A stretch of DNA of 62,434 nt, counting the filler, from Sphacelaria rigidula (Eukaryota): assembly GCA_964200075.2 (NCBI GenBank). It is 11 parts of 11 records of this genome, joined end to end, with 100 filler letters (N's around TTAATTAATTAA, not from the genome) between each part and the next. Parts side by side here need not be neighbours in the genome. Positions count along the whole stretch, not along the records: positions 51,166 to 56,750 come from CAXNAA020026106.1; positions 56,851 to 62,434 come from CAXNAA020026107.1; 9 more parts are not named here. One strand, written 5' to 3'. The translations under genes were made by a program, and so were the position numbers. Below, one piece after another: positions 51,200 to 62,434 of this stretch. The notes under the pieces were generated by a model. That model was not told the DNA's origin, searched no databases, and saw only the letters and a list, made by a program, of their open reading frames with translations. How positions within the stretch are numbered: the first letter of the stretch is position 1; the number at the start of each line of letters is the position of its first letter.

Positions 51200-52480
51200 G
51201 CGTTATTGATCCACAACAAGCCTGTTTGGACAACCTTTGCTGCTTTCAACGACGATCTGACTCGAAATGCCGAGCAACATATGACCCAAAATACCCCCCC
51301 TCCTATCGTAGGATGACTCAGGGGCCATTAAAGTTTGGATCGGGATATCGCGAAGTACCATATTTCTGTTAGAAATCGTCCTCGTCTTGCGTATGAGGTG
51401 GTACGCGAGCAGAACCAAATCAAAGCAGCGAAAGTAGCCAGGGCAAACACTGTGTTGAGTGATGCGGTCAACGACCGTCCGGCGTGGAACATACATCGAT
51501 GGACATGGGTGTACAATGATGTGAATACCGTAACTCAGGGGGCTAGCCCCAATACGTCGTCGTTGGGGAAGCTGTCGAAGTCGAAACTATCCTTGAATTA
51601 GACTGGTACCTGAAAATCTTGGCGGTTGGGTCCTGTGGTGCCGCAATCGACAATAGTTCGGTAGGTGAGGAACTCTGGCATTTGGATTTTCACACTGATG
51701 AACCTGGTATCAAACCCAAAAAACGAGTATCGATGCTAAGGTGTAAACCGTGTCTGCTCCCACATGATGCATTCAACATGCCGAAACAATTGCCAATGGG
51801 TCTCAGTCAGTAGGTGTTGACCCACTGTGCCGCCAAGCTCCCCCGCGTATCACATGACGGTTGAAGATGCCAATGGCCCTCTTGAGCGAGTGGTGGTAGA
51901 TCGCATGTCGAGCCATCAATTAGTCCGAGGTCGAGGAGGTAAAATAGCGGTTATGTATCAGAGTCATTGGAAGGATATCATGCGTGTTACCTTTGTAGCG
52001 TGAGGTTGACGTACGTCACTTTCGTCGGGATATATTGCTGTGCTGGGTAGGAGATGCCGTCCTAGACCGCCCGTTGAAGAAGGGATAAAGGTCGATACGC
52101 AATGGAGCTGCCGCTTGGGAACTGGCACGAGAGCACTCGTCGCGGTTTGCCATACCAGGATATAGCATTCTCTCGCGTTCACAATACATGCAGTCTTTTC
52201 ACGGACAACGTTTGCCGAAGGGGGGCTAGTTTTGGTATAAGGCTTTGGATTCACTGTGGTGGTTGGGTAAGATTCATTTGATCGATCCTGCATCTGACAA
52301 CTCCCACTTTATCCGTTCCCTCGATGACCCGAGCCCCCTCAAGATTCGCTTGGATGATGCCTACTAGACCGAGGTGCCGAGCGCTCGCCAGGGATCCTGG
52401 TGCCTCCAACGACACGACAAAGGCGATCTCGACACAGCCGTTCTACGCAACACGGACACCGCTTGAGATGCAGATAACTC
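51200..52480 (+). mobile_element. Ty3/gypsy-type LTR retrotransposon pol C-terminus (post-integrase, GPY/F-like and chromodomain-like region), decayed
   Basis: …W.WVYN…KSKLSLN*TGT*K (degenerate WTGPYK)…KKRVSMLRCKPC…HQLVRGRGGKIAVMYQSHWK…FLDDP. Multiple stops. Family assignment is from recollection of algal gypsy elements. Confidence 0.72.
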
Positions 52481-53490
52481 GTGATGCCGCATCCGAGTCT
52501 ACTTCCCAATTCACGTTGCGTAGTGTACCACGTTCGAATGGCTTGTCTTGCGTCGTAGCGTCGTTGGAAAACCATGTGTTCCCCCCCTCCCTCCTTCATT
52601 TTTTCCCGCACGGTTGTAACCCCCGTTCCTCTAGTGGTTGTATTTTGTATTTTGTATTTATGTTCGGCTTTGAACCTTCTTCTTGTGTTTTCTTTTGTTT
52701 TTGTGTCGTTTCGTTTTCATTTTGTTTTTTAGTTGATACATGTATATATTGGTTATTTCTGGGTTCATATATCGGCGTATTCCGTGACGACCGTTACACA
52801 AGCATTCCTGACCCCGAGTCGGGAACATTTGAACCTTCGTCCTCCTCACAGTGCACTCACGACCATTCCGTCTACTGGAACGGTCAACACGAGTTGTTCT
52901 CTTTCCTTTCGTAGTTCCGCGCACCTTTCGTCTTGTTTGTTTATTATTATTTTTGTCTTGTATTATTATGTTTTGTCTAATCGATCGAGAGCTTCCGGGG
53001 CGAGCGCTGAACACGTCTGACCCCTCCGTCTGGGATACTCGCGCTTTTGTCCAATCGCTCCATACACGAAATACCGCCTCCGTCTTCGGAATCGGTCTAC
53101 ACGTGTCTTCTTTTGTGTGCGTTCCACGTTGGGTTTTATGTTACCATAGACGGTAGTACCTGGGGTCGAGAGTCCACGATGTTTTTACCTTCTCGGCTGA
53201 AGCACTTGACTCTACTTGCTTCGTACACACGACAACCGCTTCCGTTTATGGGGATGGTCGCCACATAATAATTTTCTGCTTCATTTTGCGTTTATTGTGT
53301 CTTCGCTGTTGCCAAGCGTACTTCTTATATTTTTCGTAATTGTGTTTGCCTTCGTTTGTTTTGCGCCAGTATGTTGGGAATTTCGTCACGAGTGTTCCAC
53401 CGTTCCTGACCGTTGGGTACAGAACACTTGGCCTACTTGTCTACGAGTCCTGCCCACGTGAAACCGACTTCGTTTATAGGAAGGGTCACG

Positions 53491-53931
53491 TGCAATACGA
53501 CGCAACTGGATGATTATATTTCGGTGATTGGTAGGATACAGCGTCGTCACCACTAACTACGTCGTACGCAACGACGTTGAGGAACGGTCATTGAAGCCGT
53601 GGTAGGTCATGTTGGAGTAAATTAGTATATTTGGGGAGGTCTACGACAAAGATCTACGATGTAGTGACTGACGTGACGTGTGGTGATCTGATTGGGTACA
53701 CGTGTAGGGTGTTACACCGCATTTAGGCGTTCCTTTACATACGTGAAGTCTTGACTTGGTGACATGAGGTATGTAGCTCGCACACCATCTCACTTAATCC
53801 CACCACCACAGTCAGACTGGCCGACCTGCTTTAATAAACTATATCAACAACTTTCCACGGGCAACCGAGGCAACCAACATACTAGTATTTTTCCCTACCG
53901 GTACGGCTCAACGCACGAAGACATGGCTACA
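53491..53931 (+). mobile_element. Probable LTR, preceded by a purine tract and followed by a PBS-like TGGGGG
   Basis: ataggaaggg at ~53476-53485 just before TG, and ends …GCTACA. It follows the T-rich 3' UTR of the pol remnant. Confidence 0.5.
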
Positions 53932-54017
53932 CGTGGGGGGGGGGGGGGGCGGGCCTATTCGTACTTCGGCCACAGATGNNNNNNNNNGGGCTACACGTGG
54001 GGGCGCTCAACAACAGC

Positions 54018-54520
54018 ATTCTTCTGACTACGGTTCGGAGAGAGGAACGGAGTCCTCTAAAACCGTAGGTCGCATTGCTCAAGTGGAAAGCACGATAGTG
54101 GCGTTCGGTCGTCTGCTGGAGAAGATGACACAGCGGCTGGACAACATGCAGCTCAGAAGCAACGGGGCGGGTGAAGCCGGTGGCGTCAGGAGCGGAGACG
54201 TCATCGTAAGCAGCGGCCCAGGAGGGGTGAGGACCGCAGCAACAAGTCAACCGCAACACACGAGGGGGCTGCAGGCAGCTGACCTTCGTGGCCATGGGGA
54301 AGGTAGTCAAGGTCCACATGGTTCGAGCTCGGGGGATGTCAAGGGGACATCAGGGGGCACGGCCCCCCAACGTGAGTCTTCCCTTAGGGGTGGATATGTT
54401 TTCGGTGTTGACGGTGTAGGATTACAAGGCGGGGTGTGTTCAAGCCAGTTTTGGGTAACATACATAGTACGGAAACTAGGGGGCCGCGGCAGACATATGG
54501 GAATTTGGGAAGCTGGATAA
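54018..54520 (+). mobile_element. gag-like N-terminal ORF fragment downstream of the PBS
   Basis: Open frame with a coiled-coil start (RIAQVESTIVAFGRLLEKMTQRLDNMQL) directly after LTR-CA + TGGGGG. No diagnostic motif. Confidence 0.4.
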
Positions 54521-57409
54521 AATCACAGCTCACCCGTGTATTGCAGAACAGACAGGAAGGCTTTCTAAGATAATGTACTACGCTCTTGATTGTTGATCAG
54601 CAAGGGGCTGTAGAGGGATGCTAGCAGCAGTCGACTGTCGTAGTAGTCAGGCTTTGCACAGTAGAGAGTAGGCTGTCGCAATGAAGACTCCGCAGTAAAG
54701 GAGGCTTGTCTGCAGTCATCTGAAAAGAAGAGACTAACATAACCGGAGGAAGTACGTCGTATGCATCGCGGAGGTTTCTCTCTCGGCTGGACGTGAAGTT
54801 TTCGAGGAGAAGAGGCGAGATACCCTGACCTGTGAAATGCTGTTCTCTCCCGGCCGGACGGAGGTTTCTGGGAGAAAAGATTAGCATACTGACCCATGAT
54901 ATGCTATTTGCTGCGTGAAGTTTTCTCTTTCGGTCCAAAGGAGTCTTCCGAGAGACCTATGAATTGTTATGTTTCGTTAATGTTGTGAGATGTGAAATGG
55001 TGGAGTATTGACTGTGGACGATTGAACGCATCGGAGTGTTGATTGGTTGCTTGTATGTATGCACGTTGCAGTCGGAAAATTGTTGACTGTGAGTTGGACG
55101 CGCAAGAGTGTGTTAAAATCCAATAAAGTTGTTTGACTGAGGCACGCGAGAGTACAGCAATCGTTGAACGTTGACTGAAGTTTTTCACAGGTGTACGGAC
55201 ACCTGAAACCTCTGTTGAAAGGCAATCGTAAGGAGACACAGAAAATTGAAACATTTGTTTGACTGTAATGGCGAGAGTGACCAGCAGAGATGAAATCCAT
55301 AGACTACTGTGGTGGAAACATGGGTCAGCAACGTAGATACGTAGACTGTTACAGCGAAGGTAGGCCGATCACAACGAGAGCTTTGCAGCGAAAAACATGG
55401 GCATAGGAATGATTCCGAAAATGACTGCAGGAGGTTGCATTATAAACAGTGAAGAACGATATGCAATAAATTTCGGTTATGATGTCAAGTGGTGGCCAGA
55501 AAAACTGCCGAGGGTGTAGGGTAATGAGATCATTTTGTCTTCGTCTTGGGGAGTACACCGGCAGAGTATCTATGAACTTTGACTGAGGGAGGGTCGAGGG
55601 TGCTGGAACACGGATTTTCTTCTGAGCGAATATGCAAGCAGTTGAGTTGTGGATTGTTGTAGCGTAATAAAATTGCCTCGGTTGACTGTAGTTGATTGGC
55701 TATAGGAATCAAACGCCAGAGTACGGTGATCGTTGAAAGTTGACTGAAAATTATCGCAGGGCCAGTGATTTGAAATTTTGACTGCTGAAGACGAACGCGA
55801 AGGGGTACGGTGATTGATTCTTTTAGATTGACTGTTGTAGTAACGAACGTATAGTGAAGGGCATGAATTATCCGGGAGACCACTGAAGCGCAAGGAATAT
55901 TGGGTCAGCAACGTAAACACGACGGACGGTCGTAGCGTTTGAAAGCCAGAAATACCATGATGTGTAAGCGCTGCAAAACATGAGAACAGTACACGATTTA
56001 GGAAAATTGATGTAGGAGTGCACCCCAGGTGGAGAAACGAGACGGCATGCGCTGCATTTCAATCATGGAGTCGAGTGACGGCCGGTGAATTGCCAACAGT
56101 TACGAGGAAATGTTAATTCATGGAGTCGCTTGTTTCGATGGAAGGAAATAGTGATTGGGTGAAGATGCAAAGGTAGATGACGGATGACGAGAGCTGTGTT
56201 GTCGGTAGAATGGAATATGACGAGACGTAAACTTGAGGCTGACAATCATATTTTTCCTGGTCCCTCATGCCCCTTTCGAGCCTACACTTCCGAGTGAGGT
56301 GTCGAACCCCAAATTGCCTGACCGACCCAGGTACTGTCAACGGGAATGGGACATGCACGAAGCGGCAGTGGTTTGGGGGCGAACGGTGACCGAAGATCAT
56401 GCACTACCCCCGGCTGCGACGGTATTCTCTTCACTGGAGCATACTGAACGGGGGGATTTTTGCTCGTGAATGAAGGAACCCTTTCCCGTGCTTTGGAGGC
56501 AAGGCGTAATGCAAGCAGGGAAAGGGAGGGGGGTGGCGGGGAAGTTGACGTGCATTGAGTATATGTTCAAAGGCGTTGAGCGGTAATGCTCAGCCGGTCA
56601 ACGAAGGAAAGGGGTGTGGACTGAAAATTTGAGAGCGAGCGGAATGTTACGCTATGCTATTATGCATTTTCCTTGTTTTGAGAAACGAATACTTATTTGT
56701 TGCTTGCCTTAGTCGTTTGACCATTGACCACGCATCCCTTTCGAGACGGANNNNNNNNNNNNNNNNNNNNNNNNNNNNNNNNNNNNNNNNNNNNTTAATT
56801 AATTAANNNNNNNNNNNNNNNNNNNNNNNNNNNNNNNNNNNNNNNNNNNNCGCCAATATGACGCGCTTCACGCAGCCTGAACCCAAACATCAGACGCTGT
56901 ATGGCCATATTTTTCGCGACACTTTTGGGCTGGTTTTTGGGGGGGGCTATCGTAGAAAGTGTCACCGTGTCGGCGAGACTCCCTTTTCGGCCTTGACCCT
57001 CTGCACAATATCACGAAATCAACAGCTCCAGTATGTACACAGATTTCCGGAAGCTGGTGAAGTTCATCATCTAAAATTGACAAATAATGGGAACAATTTG
57101 ATGCCGATTGGTCACCCATGCAGGCGGCCATGGGCTCATCATCGTGAGCTATCCACGAAGAACTGTAGTAACGCTTGGCATCGGCAGTGACTTGGTTGTG
57201 TCCGCCCGTTTGTGATGTGTGCTATTCAACTGCTCGAGGGGTAAACGACGTTGCCTTGGGTCCACGTATTCGCTCTTGTCAGCCTCAGCTGGAAGAAGAC
57301 GGTGCGAACGATACGTATTCTACAACACACCTGGCTGCGTTGCCAATCCTCCAGAGGTCACGACGTGTTGCACTATTGTCGTTGGCACTCGGGAAATCAT
57401 GACAATACC

Positions 57410-58260
57410 GCACACAACACAATGGCTGAGCGTTACAAATGTCGTCTTGCATTGACAAATCTTGTCCTGGGATAAAACTCCAGGGGTCGTACAATCAAGA
57501 TGATGTAGCCGGCCCGCCCTCCTCCCCCGCCCGTCGGCGACTTGAAGAGTGAAGAAATAGCTTCTCCAGAACACCTTTCTCCTCGGTTTTTCCACAAGTG
57601 TAGGGAATTGGGGCAAAACATTGTACGGTGAGCTTTGGAGTCTCCGTTGTTGCGTCTACAGAATGGCCTTCGAGGCGGGCAGGCCACTACACATCACAAA
57701 GCTGGGCGCAACAAATGCCATGTTCTATTTGCCCCGTTGTTCTGGGAAAAAACTCGAAGCGGTCGTACATAACACGATCAGAGTCAGGACGACCCCCCCA
57801 CCCCCTCGGCGGCCTCGAGAGTGAAGAAATAAGGGGTTGAAGAACATTGTTTTTCTATATTTTCCTCTGGGTCGTCACCAGTGCAAGAAATTGGACGATA
57901 ATTTGTACTGGGAATTTCGGGAGCCTCACTTGTTACGGCTGTATAATGGATTTCGAGGCGAAGATCGCTACACATCACAAAGTTGAGCGCTGCAAATGTC
58001 ACATCCTTTTTGCACTTTTATGCTGGGATAGAACCGAAGGGGTTATACGTACAAAAGAAAACAAAGGAGTCAGGCCCCTGTTCCCCCTCTCGGCGACGTC
58101 GAGAATGCAGAAGTAGGATCATAAGAACATTGTTCTTCTCTGTTTCTCTGCCAGCATTATCATGAATTAAACGATAGTATGTACTGGGATTTTTGGAGTC
58201 TCCTTTGTTTTGGCTACATGATGGATTTTGAGGCGCGCAGACGGCTACGCAACAAAGGGT
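57410..58260. repeat. Degenerate tandem repeat, ~280-bp unit, about 3 copies
   Basis: acac.tcacaaag.tg.gcg…caaatg recurs near 57410, 57689 and 57970. gagtgaagaaata-like motif recurs near 57547, 57818 and 58102. Confidence 0.75.
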
Positions 58261-58299
58261 TTCACCGGCACGATCATCCCGGGATAGAGCCCTCCCTCA

Positions 58300-59800
58300 A
58301 GTAACCCTCCATTATTCATTCAAGGAAAACACTGATTTACTAATGTTCCGGAGGTATCCAGTCGTGAACACGAGACGAACGTTTTTAAGGAAAATACTTG
58401 AACAAACAAAACACCACCCACGAGGGAAAACGTCAACGCCTGAAAATGAGGACTAAATCAAGGAAAACAAACGGTAAGGAAGAGCGACGACCACAAGAAT
58501 AACAGACAGAACGGAACGCCAAGCCTGGTGACGCCGAACCCAGACATATCTCACAAAAACACGCGTCAAACAAAATACATGAATAATCCAACTGGACATA
58601 AAACATGACGAGTCAATCAGGAGAGCGCACACTACGCGACGCCGCTGAGAAGGAATAAAGCAAACCACGCGGTCTTCAAATGCGGCCCAGGCGCTGCAAG
58701 CGGGGCGGTGATCGAACACACACAAGCACGTTACGACCCAGTACGGTCAACTTGCAGACATATAACGAAAAGAGCCCGCGAACCCAGGTTGAAAAAATCC
58801 CCACCGGTTTCGACTACAAGAGGTGAACGAAAATAACGCGGACACCCCTCCGAGCAGACGAGCAAAACCCGGGGAAGGCAAAGCACATGAGCGACGTACC
58901 CACACTACTTCCCACTACCCATCGACATCTTCCCATCTACGGCGTACTCGCTTCATTACGCCCGTGAAAGGTCAATAGTAGAACCTTGCGACAGCGTGGC
59001 CTGCGCTCCCCCAACGGTGCCGGGCGCCGGCGCCGAGTTGGGGGCACCGCCTTGCGCTCCCGTGGTGCTGGATGGCGCGGGCGCCGCAATTGCGGTGTTG
59101 TACTTGGAAGACGAGGCGTAGTCACCTACCCTGGGGATGCGTTTGTTCCTCGGGCTGCCCTTTGTGGGTGCGCCAGCTTGCTTCACCCGTGGGGGGTCAC
59201 GACGCCTTTTATCATGTGTGAGCTGGCCCCAGGTCGGGAGAACGATCTTCAATGCTGGGGTGTAGGCCGTCGAGCGGTAGTTCTCTAGCCTGAAGCTCTC
59301 CGGTATGAGCGTCAGTGACCGGTCGTGAGTGTTCGTGCTTGAAAACGTAAAGCGCAGACAACGAACGACGATTGGGAGCATGGTAGGGTTGTGCTGATTA
59401 TGCTGCCAAAGTCGTTTCTTATGCTTGTAATATTACCAAATACATTCCTCGTGACGTCGAAATTATGAGCGACGCATGCTTGTACTGTCGAGAAAAAAAA
59501 CATTAGTTACGCTCCGCACATGGATATCATGCTCCATCATGCTCGTCAAATCCTTTCTTCACCGGGCACACCGACACACGATTCGTTTCTTTTTCCCAAC
59601 CAATGTTGCTAGAATTTGAGATGTGATCAATTTCACTGTTTTTCAACGACAGGAAATATGCTGGAACGGTATATACTAGTCCACTTCTGCTGTACTGCTG
59701 CGCTGGTGCCGAACATGTTCGCAGCAGTAGACGATTACCCTGGTGAGTCCGTCCGGTGTAGTCGCAACAGGTTGCATTTTTGGTCACATATTGCCCAACA
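58300..59800 (-). mobile_element. Second gypsy-type remnant (pol C-terminus, T-rich 3' UTR, purine tract)
   Basis: KETNRVSVC parallels KPKKRVSMLRC in the 51-52 kb copy, followed by a T-rich UTR and aatggagggttac|ttg, like ataggaagggtcac|gtg. Confidence 0.5.
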
Positions 59801-60183
59801 ATGGAGAGCGACAATGTCGTGGCTACACAAAATTCGATATCACGGTCGATAAGGGAAAGGGACCGTTGGACCCATATCGCGAATAAAAATCAGGCACTAG
59901 TAGAAGAAAGAGGAATTCAACTCTTCTCTTGTGTCACCCCTGCTGATGCGCCCACGTATAGCGCAAGGTGTACACCGGCGTGAAGGATAAAATATAGGAC
60001 AGCACGCTCAGTAGTGCAGAATGGTAGGTCTTCATTGCAAACCCGCGGCCGATCGCAACTCTTCGGCCGAAACATGGGACAAGATGAGCACGTAGGCTAC
60101 TATTTACTAGTGAACACGTGACTACATGAGGTAGAAAGATGGTACTATACTTTCACAGTGCTTGCTGAAATCCCGCGACACTC

Positions 60184-60483
60184 AACAACGTTTTCGTGAG
60201 ATTGAGCGAAGAGCGCTAATTGAGAGTGGCTTTGATGATTCGCTATAACTTCGTCATTTCTTCATTTCGTGTGTGCCTTTCTTTGTGTCCATCACTGGCG
60301 TATGCTTGCAACTACACGTCGATATCTTGCTCAGGGATACCAAAAGCCTCAGTGGCAAGCTACTACGGTAAGCATATTGGGCCTCGGGGAGGGACATTTC
60401 GGAACTAAAACGATTCCGTCACTAATTGGCCGCTTTTCACTCTCAATCGTATCCTCTACTATCAATCTCACGAAAGCACTGTT
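60184..60483. mobile_element. ~300-bp MITE (TIR core TTTCGTGAGATTGA); partial copies at 34111-34330 and 50841-50990
   Basis: Inverted termini and shared internal blocks across three contigs. Confidence 0.72.
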
Positions 60484-61599
60484 ACTTGCGCTTTTCACAA
60501 AAACGATTTACTTCTTGTGCTACAAAGGTGAGAGTATCCGAGGTTAAGCTGTCATCCTTGGTACAATCCTAGGACGTGCTGGAGAAGTTCTCATACGTGC
60601 GCACAACAATAGGTGCAATGTGTGACTTAAAATCTTGTAGACACCGACAGGAGCGTGACGACGTGTCAATGCTAAACTTACACAGCACCCACAAAGAGAA
60701 CGGGGAGCTGTGCGGGCGGAGACAGCGCCGGACATGTAATCGAGGGCGAGGCTCGTGGCATATTCCATGCCGGAGGTCAGCTTCATGTGCTGCGGCTGAT
60801 TTTTCATTTTTTTTTCATGTACGTACAATAAAGAGTCGATGAGAGCATTTTTCTGTTCAGTTGCGGTACGATTCCCGCCCCGCCTTGATTTGTCTCCGCG
60901 ATAAGGCATCGTCGACAATGTTTGAACGACACATGTTACTCACTCTCGCAGACTGCCAGCACGTGGTGGCAAGGCAACCCCCATCTGAGCACATATCCGC
61001 AGCCGCACTCCATCTTGACTGGCTGGCCCGTGGAACCCCACTCCAGTGTCACCTGATTTTCCATCCTGAGGTTCGTCTTCATGGCTACCGTGTACTTGCA
61101 TTCAGAAGACGTCTTCATCAACAGCCCGTATGCCGCAACATGGAAAGGCAACGGTGTCGTCGAATGGCGAAGATGTAATTCGTGAAAGATGGTGACAAAG
61201 ACTCGGACAAGCGAGCGGCAACAACGTAGGATATACCTAAAAATCATCGACAACAGACCACGAGACCATCATGGACGACCGCGGCACGGTCGTGGCCATC
61301 ACAACTGAGCGCCGACAGCGACTACATATGTGCTACGCTGAAGTGGTTTACAGTGTAATATGCAATGGAGTTATTTGACTTACCTTTTAGACCATGAAAG
61401 CTCGCGATCTCGGACTTCTTCCAGCCAAGGTGTGAACACCTGACGGGTTCCTTCTTGAGTTGTGCGGCCTCGTGCAGCTTTTCCGCCACCATCTCTATCA
61501 CGCCCTTGGTGAAGTCGAATACTGGCCGCTCCCGCAACTGGACATCGCGCACAGAGGAAGAAGTGCGAACGACAGTTGTAGTTTGAAATTCATCCTAGA

Positions 61600-62317
61600 C
61601 GCAGGTGCTTCCGATGAAGAACATTTGAGGCCGTTGCAGCTGCCTAGAAAAGATAACGGGCGCACAAAGTCGTGGCTGTTCGCTGCTTACTGTGAAATAC
61701 ACGGTTTGCTCGTGACCTGCACGGCAAAGGGCGTACCACCGAAATGTCAATTGTGACAAACCGCTAGCGCTCATGTGGCCATTTCTCACGGCAACGGGGC
61801 CCCGATTTTACGCATTCCATAATACTTGTCGATAGCTGCAAAAAAACAAGACGCGATGGACGGACGGCGGGCGGTCACCACATCGACCCCACGCAGTATG
61901 CGCCTAGCGCGCAGACATTTTTACTCGGATCCTTACCGCGGCTCCAATCATGTTGTTGCAGCTCTCCACCATATTTGTCGTTATCTGGTCCCACACACGA
62001 TTGTCACGGCGTGTGTGGTACGCCCATCACGTGGGGTCAATTCTCATCCACTTCTCGTATGCCTGGGGTTTGTCGGCCTTTACCTTGTTCAGGAAATATG
62101 CGCTAGACGCCTCGATCGGGGCTCTCGCTGCGTTGAATATGTGCCCGAAGTTAGTCTGGCAAGAACAGCATCACATGCATGCGGACGGGTACCGCGAGAT
62201 GAGCAATGCATCGCGACGGGCGACAACAGGGCATCATGTCGGCCACTATTGGAGTTGGGTTCAGGGATGCGAGGCCGATGGTCTTGTGACTATGGTATAA
62301 TTAATTGATTGATTGAT
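61600..62317 (+). mobile_element. Highly decayed LINE 3' region ending …QGCEADGLVTMV* + (TTGA)n
   Basis: HGLLV…KGVPPKCQL resembles a LINE zinc-knuckle region. The terminal GGATGCGAGGCCGATGGTC echoes the other families' 3' motif. Confidence 0.4.
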
Positions 62318-62361
62318 TCTCTCAAGGCATGCATGATCATGAGTACCCCCCCCCCCCTTCC

Positions 62362-62434
62362 CGAAAGGTGGCATGAAATCGTTTGATGCACTAGACAGTA
62401 GGGAGAAAACGATGGCTATACTAGGGGATAGATG
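62362..62434 (+). mobile_element. 5'-truncated LINE fragment starting right after a C-run
   Basis: GGMKSFDALDSREKTMAILGDR matches the 6540-6600 copy (GGMKTFDALGRREKTMAIRGD). Confidence 0.85.

Noticed and set aside
5586..56850. Regularly spaced TTAATTAATTAA as a CRISPR-like or biological periodic array
   Set aside because: It is always embedded in N44 padding at an exact period and is a six-frame-stop assembly linker.
1..62434. tRNA, rRNA, prokaryotic operons, CRISPR arrays or endogenous giant-virus genes
   Set aside because: No cloverleaf or rRNA signatures, no repeat-spacer arrays and no long intronless gene-dense tracts were visible by eye; tRNAscan-SE or Infernal would be needed to exclude small RNAs fully.

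Overview
This is eukaryotic, intron-rich, repeat-dense nuclear DNA, most likely from a stramenopile/brown alga. That call rests on a heterokont-type signal + 'ADA-F' plastid presequence, kb-long introns and TE types I recall from Ectocarpus-like genomes; it is inference, not a database match. The window is not one locus. It is 11 unrelated contigs (ten of 5585 bp, the last 5584 bp) joined by an artificial 100-bp linker (N44-TTAATTAATTAA-N44) that recurs every 5685 bp. Gene fragments with phase-consistent splice sites: a coiled-coil protein (4-5 exons, minus strand, one GC-AG intron), an LZTR1-like Kelch+BTB protein, the first exon of a probable plastid-targeted protein, a WDR24-like GATOR2 subunit and the UHM C-terminus of SPF45/RBM17. 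The rest is decayed APE-type and RTE-type LINEs, gypsy-type LTR remnants, a solo LTR with a 5-bp TSD, several TIR/foldback MITE families and microsatellites seeded by retroelement tails. The most unusual signal is a non-LTR retrotransposon family whose 3' end (…AGC AAC AAA TGA GTACG) runs into poly(C) rather than poly(A). Its copies repeatedly sit in C/G runs and stack in each other's tails, and a second, SINE-like family shares the same 3' end.
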